Of a stretch of DNA of 33,449 nt, positions 23,101-33,449 are shown one piece after another; positions within the stretch are counted from its first letter, which is position 1, and each line of letters starts with the position of its first letter. The notes beneath the pieces are model-generated. The model worked only from the letters and a program-made list of their open reading frames with translations, was not told the DNA's origin and ran no database searches. The stretch is from contig JBOZIK010000001.1 of assembly GCA_051453625.1 (NCBI GenBank), positions 27,547,706 to 27,581,154 of the forward strand, written 5' to 3'. This DNA comes from Welwitschia mirabilis (lineage: Eukaryota). The position numbers were made by a program, and so were the translations under genes.

Positions 23101-23380
23101 TTTGTTGTCCTCTATGTCATCTAAATGATGAGAAGAATGATAGTTTATTGTTTTTAATTTTATTTTCTGTTATTTTAAGAAAATACATTCTAATGGTTTT
23201 GTTGAGATTTCTGACTTAACCACTTAAGAATTTTAAAAAGTTAATGGGAAAATGCTAAAAATATATAAGTAATCATCTAAAATTTCTCTTAGTGTTTTCC
23301 TTTAGATTCCATTATGATGTTACTTAATCATTTTTCAAACATGACTTATATATTTATTTCCATGACTAGTCTTTGACTTG
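18716..23380 (+). repeat. ~2.2-kb tandem duplication inside E3 (units ~18716-21024 and ~21159-23380) with ~135-bp filler
   Basis: 21161 aaggatccaacctcgtacaatcacttttatc restarts the sequence at ~18717. The units are collinear through catgacta.tctttg (~21006 vs ~23361). Confidence 0.9.
21161..22456 (+). pseudogene. Degenerate internal ORF of E3, duplication unit 2
   Basis: Includes ORF 22028-22234 (HILILKSNATHHLENLTSRISQSFLLKTSCATKSNIFF), homologous to the E1 ORF. Multiple stops. Confidence 0.6.
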
Positions 23381-23587
23381 GTCATTTTAAAGTGGTAAGA
23401 TTAGATTAACCCACTCTTAAGACATTCATACATATATGAACTTTAGTTTGAAGGAAGATGCTTTATTTTTCATGTTTTTCTCAATGATGAGAAGGCCTTA
23501 GATTGTTTAAGAGTATTTGTTTCTATCTTTATCTTATAACATTACTTTTATCTTTTAAAGTTTTGGTTATGTAGAATGTTTTAATTT

Positions 23588-23651
23588 AAAAAAAAAAGAA
23601 AAAGAAAAAGGAAAAGGAAAAAAGAAAAAGAACAAGAAAAAGAAGAAAGAG
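23588..23651. repeat. Purine-only (A)n/(GAAAA)n-like tract within E3
   Basis: Visible directly. It is much longer than the equivalent tracts in E1 (~4960-4983) and E4 (~26461-26472). Confidence 0.75.
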
Positions 23652-24196
23652 TGAAATAGGATCATGATGTTTTATACTTGGAATAGTTTAAAAACATGAT
23701 CACCATGATGTCCTACCACAAGTACACTAAGGCAAATTTTTTTAAGAGGAGCCTTTGACAATGTAATATGGTAGTTGTGAGAACTCCACTCAGGAGTCAA
23801 TTGGCCATGCTTCATTGGTTTTTACTTCTCTGAGTTTGGTTGCACTTCTTTCATCATAGATAATAAAATAATAATAACACTTAGAGGCTAAGAGAATAGT
23901 GGTGGTTCTAGTATTATCAAAGGAATTGCTTATTTTCTAGATTCTTAGTCTTTCTACATGTTCATTTCATTTCTTAATATTTAAGTGCACTCTTTGAGAT
24001 GTGAGTAGATGAGTTTATTTCTAAGTAACTCTTTGATATAGTCATTTATTATTTAAATAATTTGAATTTTAGCATCATCATAATTACTTCCTTGTCAAAT
24101 GGAATTTTTTATACATCAAGTCATGCATTTTAAAATTAAGTGATATTATGATTTTCTTCATGAGAGTCTTTTAGGTTAAAATTTTGGATAGGTCAG

Positions 24197-25225
24197 TGTT
24201 ATAGTATGTATTTATATAAGTGTTTATATTTATAGGATTCTGTCATTTATAAAATAAAATAGATTTCTCACATAATACAACACATTAGTATGAGTATGAG
24301 TTAATCCGAATGTTATATTCTCGTTAAAGGCTATAATATTAGACTTGGATTACTTTTCAGAAAGAAATAAACAAAACTAAAGAATAATGTAAAAAATAAA
24401 AGATGCAATATAAATGCAAAATGCAACTAATCTAAATGCAATGTAAAATAAATCTATACTACTTCCTTTTAGCCTTAATAATGGTTGTCCTTGATAATCT
24501 ATATCACCCAAGAAATTATTACTAGATAAAAGGCAATATAAATCATAAAGAACATCTAAGAAACTAATATACAAGTAAGAAAACAGATTTTTATATTAAA
24601 TAAGTAGACAACAACTCTTCATTAAGGAAACAACTTTTTGCAACTCTTAGGAAGGATCTTCTATCCTTTAATCTACTATTACAAGAATTTCTGGCGTAAT
24701 GATAATAGAGAGGAGAGTTGAAGGGGCACTTATTTATAACATAATATAGCAGAAAAAGACAGATAGAAGGCACTCCAAAAATATGCTCTTTTACATAAGA
24801 GAAATGGACGAAACGGTCAGGGATCGGCAATCAGAGTTAGTTACAATATCAATTTTGTCCTAATGGTCATCCAAATGATAATGTGGATGATATCTCATTA
24901 TAAAAGTTTACTCAGCAGGTGATTCAGTAGATGACTTAGAAGTCCATATCAACTATCGTTGTCCTACCTATCATGAGGATGATAAAGGATGATCTTCTTT
25001 AATCATTTTATTAAAGATAAACTAGCATTTCTATTAAAAATCTTAGTCTAAAACTTTGTATATTATAATGTGTCTTGAATGTCTCAAATATCGCTAAGAA
25101 TGGTACATTTCCAAGATCTTCTATTGAATCTCCAAAATATTCAGAATTACACTTAAACCTATGAAAATACCCTACAAAACATATCATGAAACCCCATCAA
25201 ATAACCACAAATTGGTAGTGCAACA
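24197..25225 (-). repeat. E4 3' LTR (1029 bp)
   Basis: Intact TG...CA termini (tgtt...aaca), collinear with the E1 LTRs. Confidence 0.88.
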
Positions 25226-27368
25226 TAGCTCCCAACTTAGCCTTTGTTAGTTCCTGATAAAAGCTAAGTAAAAAATCACAATTGTGAGCTAATTTATTTT
25301 AAAAAAATTTAATCTAGAAATTATAAAATAGGCTCATAAAATACATTCCATAGAAATATAATCAGTTGTGCATTATGTGTATGAAAATTTAAAAATTATG
25401 TGTCATGAAAGCTTTGAAAAATCTAAAATAAGCCATGAACATGAGTTCCTACCCCTCCTTAAAAACATAATATGTACCATATGGATTCAAACGTAAAGAA
25501 AATAAATGGGAGTGAGAAGGTAGATGATGGGTATAGTTGAACTTGGATAACTTTAGAAATAAAGTACAAAGCTAAGTAAAGCAATATTAGATTTTGAAAA
25601 AGATAGATGTATGAAATATGCTGACAAGCATACAGTTAGTTGATAATTAAAATATGCAAGAAAATTAATAAATGACCAATCAATGTTTCATCATAAGAAA
25701 TGAGTAAGAGTAGTGTTTATAACTTTAAAAAACTAAAAATAAATATCAAAAAAATTATTTATTCAATCTAGAAATCAACTATTAATTAAAAATATTGTAA
25801 GGAAAGTATTAAATGTTAAGGACCTATAAAGATAAGAAAATATGGTAATGAATTTGAAATAACTAACTGATCCACAAAAGAAAATAAAAAAATGGACATA
25901 AGGTAATATAAACAAAAGATATTCCATCAATCTAAAATTCTAACCTAGCAGATTCTTGTGAAAGAAATCATAACATTACTTAATTTTAAGAATGCATGAC
26001 TTGATGTATAAAAATTTCCATTTAATAAGGTAGTGCTTGTAATAATGTAAAAATAAATGCTTTAAATAATGAATGATTAGACCAAAGAGTTACTAAAAAA
26101 TAAACTCATCTAATACCATCTTAAAACAAACACTTAAGTCTTAAGAAATGAAATAAATATGTGAAAAGACTAAGAGTCTAGGAAATAAGCAATGTTTCTG
26201 ATGACATTAGGAACATTACTTATCCCATAGCCTTGAAGTTTATTACAACTTTATCATCCATGATGAGGAGAGTGCAATCATAGTTAAAGAAGTAAGAGCA
26301 CATGAAGCATGATCAACTGACTTCCCAGTAGAGTTTCCACAGCTACATATTACACTATCAAAGGATCCTCTCAGAAATATTTATCCCAATATACTTATGG
26401 TAAGAAATCATGATGAAAATATTTTTAAAATATCAAATAAAACATCATGATTCTATTGCACTCTTTTTTTTTAAAACAAAGAAAATAGTCCACATGATTA
26501 AACACTCCAAAAAACAAAGGTGAAGTCATAAGATGAAGATAAAAAAGAACACTTTTAAATAATCTAATACCTTTTCACCTTGAGAAAAACATAAAAAATA
26601 AATCATCTTCCTTTAAACTAAAGCTTATAGATATTTTAATGTCTTAAGATTGGGTGAATCTAATCTTACCATCATAAAATGCCCAAGGCAAAGACTACTC
26701 ATGAAAATAAATACATAAATTATGTTTAAAAGATGATCAAGTAAATATCATAATAAGCTTTAAAAGAAAAAGCTAAGAGAAAATTTAGGTAATTTTCTAA
26801 TTAATTCTAACTATTGTCCATTATCTTTTTAAAGTTCTTAAGTAATCAAGTTATAAATCTTAATAAATCCATTAGAATGTATTTTCTCAAAATCTCAGAA
26901 AACTATATTAATCAACTATCATCATGCCTATCATCTAGATGACAAAGAGGATGACAGAGATAGAAAATAAAACTAAAGAATAAAAATTTGACAGAAGAAT
27001 AAAGATAAAAACTAAAATTAGATACTATCATCTTGAATGTTATAGAGACAACAGAAGGGACAACACATACAAAAAATTAAAACAAAAAGTCAAAAATAAA
27101 ATCAAAGCCCAAAATCATAAAACTAAGAAAGAATATACAAAATCTAGCAATTTTATTTAAACATTAACATCTATTCAATACTTTTATTAAATAGAAAAGA
27201 AAAAGAAAAAGGATGTGTTTTAATGGTCTACTAATTATGCATGATTTTAGAAAAGTAAGGTTTAAACCAGAAGTTTACTAACTAATAAAACATAAAAGGT
27301 GTATAATTATTTTTGAGTAAAATTAATTAAATGAAGAGAGGAATAATGAATAAAACTTTATGATACCA
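24197..27368 (-). mobile_element. E4: 3' part of another copy of the family, inserted in opposite orientation into E3
   Basis: 3' LTR 24197-25225 (tgttatagtatgtatttat...gtagtgcaaca), PPT 25226-25244, and an internal region collinear with E1 3734-~5880. Homology ends near 27368. Confidence 0.85.
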
Positions 27369-27409
27369 TGTGAAAGCCCAAATTTTGAAAGTTAAAGGGG
27401 AGAGTCAGG

Positions 27410-28900
27410 GTAACTCTTATAAAAGATTTTTATTAATTACAAAACTTTTGTTTTTATCATGATAAATAAAATTATGTCTTAATTTACTAGAAAGATTTTT
27501 CATATTTAAAATTTGATTTTTAATTTTTAGCTCATATAGTGGATAATCTCCTTCAAGGTATGAGTTTAAAACTTAGACTTCCTTGCAATCTAAAAGTTCT
27601 ATTTCTTTTTCATTCTTAAAGTTAAATGAATTAATAGCTTCTAAGTTCTTAATCTTATGTGGATCATCACAAAGAATAAGCTCATGTAATTTTATTTCTC
27701 TTCCTTCAAGTAAATGTTGTTGCATGAATAAGTTGGACTTAATGTTACTTTCAATGTCCATTTCATAATCACTTATATATTTTTCCACTACATTAAAGAT
27801 TTTAATTATAAATGTTCTATTTTCAAAGTTATATCTCATTGTTTTAGCTCTTGTGTTAATGATGCAGTGGGATGTTGCACAAAAGGCTCATCCTAGAAGT
27901 AAAGGATATCCTCTATTACGTTCAACTTCTATAATAATTACATCTATTGAATAATAAGCCTCTTTAATTTGAATTGCTAAATCTTTGATGACCCCTAAAG
28001 GTTTCTTAATTAAAGTATTTACTAGCTTTAAGACAATCTAAGTAGGCTATATTCTATCCTCCAAATCAAGTTTCTTGCAAATGTGTACTAGCATTATGTT
28101 AACACTTGCTCCAACGTTATTTAAGGCTTTCTTAATCTTTTTGTTTCCCTTTAAAGTTACATTTAATATTGCTTCTCTTTGATCTTTAAATTTTGGTGAT
28201 TTTTATAGCATTAAATTTGAGAGTGATTAAGCTAAAACAGTTCTACTAGGAATAACTCATTTTTGTTTTATGCTCATTAAGTTCTTTCATAGTTTTGAGT
28301 ACCCTAGATTTTGTTGTAATAATTTTCAAAAGGGTAAGTTTATGCTTATTTTTATCATCAAGGCTTTTAGATGATCATTAAAAGTTATATTTTTGTTAAG
28401 CCTATCAAGCTAAGAGGTAGTTGGTTATTGTTGTGAAGCATTTTTCTTTTTATTTTTACTAAGAGAAAGGAAGTTATAATCTTCTAATATTTCAATATCT
28501 TCATCTTCTTTTTCATTATCTCTAAAGTAATTTTGGGAGGTAGAAGGTTCATATGGAGGAGGGTGTATTTCTTAACTACTATGTGTTACAACCTTATAGT
28601 CTTTTCTCAATGTATTGGAGCTTAATAAAGGTTGTAAATCCAAAGACCCTTGTGATCTTTGGTTTTCTAACATAGTTTTTTGAAAGGAATTTACTAAATT
28701 TTTTATGTTGGCATTTTCATTTTCTAGGATGGCCTATGTCTTTTCTTGTAATCTTCTTAATTCATCAACAAGGTTTATGAGCTAATCATTGAAATGTTAA
28801 AGGTTTTATAAACTTATTAGAATGTCTATGTTTTTGAATCAGTTTCTAAAAGGTTGAGAGTATTTTGAAAATGAGTATTCAACCTAGATTATGGCTAATT
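27410..28900 (-). pseudogene. Athila-type Ty3/gypsy gag C-terminus plus aspartic protease remnant, truncated just before RT
   Basis: Minus-strand translation gives ISINLPF*KLLQQNLGYSKTMKEL; PKFKDQ...KIKKALNNVGASVNIM (decayed ALxDLGASVNLM); PT*IVLKLVNTLIKKPLGVIKD; YPLLLG*AFCAT; and LNMKNLSSKLRHNF (cf. LELKPLPxHLKYxFL before the Athila RT). The right boundary is approximate. Confidence 0.85.
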
Positions 28901-29187
28901 TTGATTTTGAGAGTTTTAAAATGTTTGATTAAAAGTATAAACTTCTTCAAATATTCTTTCTTTACATTTTAATAATAGAGGACATTTTTTAATGATGTGA
29001 TAATTATCCTTACATAAGTCATAAGTTGGCATAACATTTCTCTTAATTGTGGATTTGGTATTTAAAATAATTTCTATATAGTTCCACAGTGTTATTGTTG
29101 TTGGATTATGTTTTTCTAATTGAAGTCAGACTAATATTCTCTATGTAATAAATTTTGTGTATCTTGTGTAGAAGATGTTAAATTACT

Positions 29188-30997
29188 TGTAGATTAAAAA
29201 ATAAAACTAAAATCATAAACTTCTAAGCACTAGAAAATTGTTAGTTCATTTACCCTCAAAAGGGGTTGACCGGATTTTGATGAGGTTGATAAGACTTGTA
29301 ACCTAAAAAACTAGTGTCTCTGAATCTAATGGAAAGAAATCAATCAAACCTTTATGATGTTAACTAGATTTGAAAAACTAATAAATAGTATTCCTAGACT
29401 GAATGATAAGGAGTTAACTGAACCTATGATGGGGTCAACTGAATCTAAGAATTATGCAGCTAGTACACCTAAACCAATCATTATGGGGTTGATAAGACAC
29501 CTGAAGGAGTCGACCGGACTCAATGTAGGAAATTGGAAATAAATTTTATTAGAGGATCAGGCAACCAAATGAATATAGAGCAACTAAGCTAGGTTTAACC
29601 AGACCCAAATGGAGTCAACTAGATAGAGAGTTGTAAGAAATTTGGGTGACTTGTGTAACTCATGGCATGACATGGGGCCAACTAGATTTTTATAGGGTTA
29701 ACCAATAGAGCAGAAATTAAATTTTTCTAAACACTATGTATCCATTATGTAGGCATTAGATCGCCATTTTCTAGTCATCTATATCCATTGGAAGTACATT
29801 TTAAATGTAATAAATCTTAAAATCCTTCCATTATAAATACCTAAGACATAAATGACCAAAGAATCTTTTGGAACTATTTTCATTTGGAAAAATCTATTAG
29901 ATCTACAAGACCAATCATTATATTTGGGTGATTTTCACTTTTGTATCATGACATCCATATTTCTGATAGAAGGAGATTTACTATTAGTATTCTCTTTACA
30001 NNNNNNNNNNNNNNNNNNNNNNNNNNNGTTTTACTTCTATAAAAAGAGAGATCCATTAAATTTACTATTTCAAAAACTATTCATATCCATACTCTAAAGG
30101 AATCATTACATTACTACCTTAATTTGTGAAAGGTTGATATTAAGCCTTGAAAAGTTTATTCTAAAGGTTGAGACTAGGCCTTGAAAAGTCCATTCTAGAG
30201 GTTAAGCCTAAGCTTGAAAAAGTCTATTTTTAAATGTTACAGGTGAACCTAGAGTACCTAGTGGAGTAACAAAGATNNNNNNNNNNNNNNNNNNNNNNNN
30301 NNNNNNNNNNNNNNNNNNNNNNNNNNNNNNNNNNNNNNNNNNNNNNNNNNNNNNNNNNNNNNNNNNNNNNNNNNNNTGAATCTATTGGATCTGAAGGATC
30401 AAGCATTAGATTGGAGTGATTATCACTTTTTATATCTTGGCATCCATATTTTTAACCGAAGGAGATCTACTATTGATATTCTTTCTGCATTCAAAATTGA
30501 ATCAAGAGCTTCACTTCTTTTACTTCTATAGGAGGAGAGCTCTAATAAATTTACTGATTCCAAAAAGAGTGATATCCATGCTTTCAAGACATCATTACAT
30601 CACTACCCTGCTTTGTGAAAGGTTAAGACTAAGCCTTGAAAAGTCCATTCTAAAGGTTAAGATTAAGCCTGAAAAAGTCTATTTGTAAAGATCACAAGTG
30701 AAACTGAAATACTTAATGGAGTAACAAAGATCTGAGATCTATCTTAGGGATAAGCTGATCGTTAAGAGTGAAGTAGGAGTTTCTTAATCTAATATAAATT
30801 CAACTTATATCAAATTAGTATTTTTGTGCTTTTAGTTTTTATTTCTTTACTTTCATTATTTTCTTTTACTGTGCACATTCTAGATTAGTTCATTTTTATA
30901 TTTAAATTTTTATTTCAAATTGAATTTATTTAGAATATTGTATTGAATTTTTTTAAAGAACCTATTCATCCCTTCTCTAGGGTTCTCAATCCTATAA
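29188..30997 (+). repeat. Sirevirus-type LTR sequence (probably two LTR copies joined across a gap)
   Basis: Repeated GGGGTCGACCGG-like motifs 29262-29705, TATAAATA 29832-29839, ~35-bp ccttgaaaagt tandem units, and the conserved Sirevirus U5 end (CCTATTCACCCCCCTCTAG-like, 30961-30980). 29891-30276 is repeated in diverged form at 30379-30731. Confidence 0.7.
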
Positions 30998-30999
30998 TT

Positions 31000-31011
31000 T
31001 GGTATCAAAGT
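31000..31011 (+). other. Copia primer-binding site (tRNA-iMet)
   Basis: tggtatcaaagt versus the canonical TGGTATCAGAGC, directly after the LTR end. Confidence 0.85.
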
Positions 31012-31063
31012 TAGTGCAAGTCATTTATTAGATCTTCACTGATCTAGATTTTAAAAACCCATA

Positions 31064-33449
31064 ATGATTGCTTACTTTGATGATTTTTCAAATATTCCTT
31101 TTCTCAAAACATGTGCATTTATCTGTTTATGTTAGATAGCATATGGATATATTTTTAAATAGATTGTAGCTAGTAGAAACTCATAAGAGTTAAGTGAGAG
31201 TGACAAAAGAAATGCTCAAAAACATGATAAAGAAAGGAGATTCTCATTTATGGTATTTTTGCCTTCTTTGCTAAATATACCAAATACATTGTAGCATGAT
31301 GACTGTAACATGGACAATGAAGAATAAGAAGAGTTAAAAGACACCTGTTAAGATCTTTACCAAGAGTGTGAAAAGTTAGCTAGAAGGATAAATAATCTAA
31401 ACAAGATTATAAACTCTCTTACCAAGGAAAAGGAGGAAATAGAATCAAGTCTCACAAGATTTAAATCTAAAAACTCTAATCATATCATATAGGTAAAAGA
31501 GTTATCTTATTTTGTTAGTAAATTTTCAAGTGGATTTACCAAATTGAAACAAATGCTTAAAGCTCAAAAACCTATTGGTAGCAAGTAAGGTATTGGCTTC
31601 ATCCCTCAAAAATCTCAAAGATAGCAAAGTCAGATAATCAGTGATGGTAAGTTCCTTTTAAGAATTACTTGTTATTTTTGTGAATAATTAATCATTTAAA
31701 ATTCATATGCAATGTAAGAAAACCGATATTATTTTTAAACTTAGGTAGTATTTTTCCTTTTAAGTTTATTCCTAAAGAAGGTATATCATGTAAGTCTAGA
31801 AAGACTATGTGGGTAAAATCTAATGATCTTAAAAGTTTATAAATTCAAATAGCTTTCAATGTTTCAAATAGCACAAGATAGTATTTTGATAGTGGATGTT
31901 CAAGTCATATGATAGGAAATGAATCCAAATTTATGCAACTAAGCTACTTTAATAGAGAAGAATTAACTTTCAAGGATAATGGAAGAGTAAAAATAGAAGG
32001 GATTGGAAGCATTGATGGAGATAACCTTCTTAAAATTAATGAATTCTTGTATGTAAGTGGTTTAAAAAATAATTTACTGAGCATTAGTCAAATTTATGAT
32101 AAAGGTCATAAGGTAGTCTTTAATAAATCAAAATGTGAAATTTTACATGAAAATTCAAATGATGTAATTCTTTAATCAAGTAGAATATACAATGTTAATA
32201 GCATAGATTATCATTTTCTCTAAGTTATTTTTCAAATGTTCCTCAAGAAGATCTATGGCATAAACATTTAGGTCATATTAATTATGATTAGTTAAAATTA
32301 ATTATTCATAAAAACATTGTGAATGGAATCCCTAAAATAAATGTAAAAAAACAAGGCTTGTGTGATGCATGTCAAAAGGGTAAAGAAAGTAGGACCTCTC
32401 ATAAAAGTAAAATGCATGCTTCCACACCTATGCCATTAGAGATTATTCATATGAATTTATAGGCCCTGCTCAAACTTAAAGTCTAGGGGGAAAATGTTAT
32501 TATCTCACTATGGTTGATGATTTTTCTAGATATACGTGGGTAGCCTTTTATCAAACAAATTGAAATCTTATAAACATTTGATTGAAATTTGCAATAAGAT
32601 TCAAAATGAAAAGGAGTATACCATAAAGAAAATAAGAAGTGATCATGGTAGTAAATTTGAGAATCATTTTTTAAGAAATATTGCATTAGAAATGGAATTA
32701 ATCATTACTTTTCAGCCCCACAAACACCACAACAAAATGGTATAGCTGAAAGAAAGAATAGTATCCTCCAAGAAATGGCATGAACTATGCTAAATGATAA
32801 GGACATTCCTAAATTCTTTTGAACTAAGGAAATTATCAAAACATGCTACATTATCAATAGAGTATATCTTAGAATTGGTATAGACAAAATGCCATATGAG
32901 TTATGGAAACAAAGACAACCTAATGTATCATATTTTAAAGTTTTTAAAAGTAAATGCTATGTGCTAAAAGATAGAAAAGATTTGAGGAAATTTGAATCTA
33001 AAGAAAATAAAGCTATCTTCTTAGGTTACTCAATTAGAAGTAGATCCTATCATGTTTTTAACAAGAGAATCTTAATTATAGAAGAGTTAATAAATGTGTA
33101 AATTGATGAGATTAATACAAATTCAAACTGCACAGATGAAGAGGAAGTCATAACCATAAGTATTCTCACAACCAATGAAGGTTCTACTGAAAGTAATGAA
33201 GTTTGAATAAAAAAGGCACATTAAACAAGCCTAAGCTACTTAAAGATCATCCTTTAGAATCTATTATTAGAGAAGTTAATTTAAAAATAAAGATAAGAAT
33301 ACTATGAAAAATGTACGTGCTCATGTTTCTTATGTTTTAAAGATAGAACCCAAGAAATTTGAGGAAGAAGAAATTCGTGAGGAATGAATGATGGTAATGT
33401 AAAATGAATTAAACAATTTAAAAGGAATGATGTTTGGAAGCTAGTAAAG
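31064..33449 (+). pseudogene. Copia gag-pol remnant: gag (coiled coil, zinc knuckle), protease, integrase, start of reverse transcriptase
   Basis: KFSSGFTKLKQMLKAQK...GIGF (~31520-31600); a frameshifted CX2CX4HX4C (31670-31710); *YFDSGCSSHMIG (31879-); LWHKHLGH, CDACQKGK, IRSDHGSKFEN, PQQNGIAERKN, PYELWK.R.PNVSYFKVF; and IEPKKF...RNDVWKLV at the window end. Many stops and frameshifts. Confidence 0.92.

Larger units (their letters stand above)
16801..24196 (+). mobile_element. E3: copy of the same non-autonomous Athila-type family, with an internal tandem duplication, interrupted by E4
   Basis: 5' LTR 16801-17787, PBS 17791-17808, and an internal region that is the reverse complement of E1 (E1 8635 down to ~4420). 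Homology stops abruptly at the E4 LTR terminus (24197). Confidence 0.85.
29188..33449 (+). mobile_element. Ty1/copia LTR retrotransposon, Sirevirus (SIRE/Maximus) type, degenerate, continues beyond the window
   Basis: LTR ending cctattcatcccttctctagg...cctata, then the PBS tggtatcaaag, then gag-PR-IN-RT in copia order. The left boundary is approximate. Confidence 0.88.

Noticed and set aside
30140..30230. Regularly spaced ccttgaaaagt repeats as a CRISPR-like array
   Set aside because: The intervening sequences are themselves near-identical (a plain ~35-bp tandem repeat), the context is a plant LTR, and there are no cas genes.

Overview
Plant nuclear DNA from a gapped draft assembly (six N-runs). 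Bases 2-256 are the C-terminal coding end of a glycoside hydrolase family 1 beta-glucosidase, the only host gene visible. About 1 kb downstream is a ~345-bp foldback element with ~140-bp inverted arms. Most of the rest is a stack of old, AT-eroded LTR retrotransposons. Four copies (E1-E4) and two related LTR fragments belong to an apparently non-autonomous Athila-type Ty3/gypsy family. That family has ~1-kb LTRs, a decayed tRNA-Asp primer-binding site, an Athila-type PPT, a recurring ~38-bp palindromic motif and one degenerate acidic/Asn-rich ORF, but no recognisable pol. Further right lie a gag-protease fragment of an Athila-type element and a Sirevirus (SIRE/Maximus)-type Ty1/copia element (LTR, tRNA-iMet PBS, degenerate gag-PR-IN-start of RT) that runs off the window end. 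The best candidate for something undescribed is the pol-less Athila-derived family with its own ORF and palindromic motif. Its novelty cannot be established without database searches. About 11.5-15.1 kb is unassigned AT-rich DNA. All identities are by-eye estimates.
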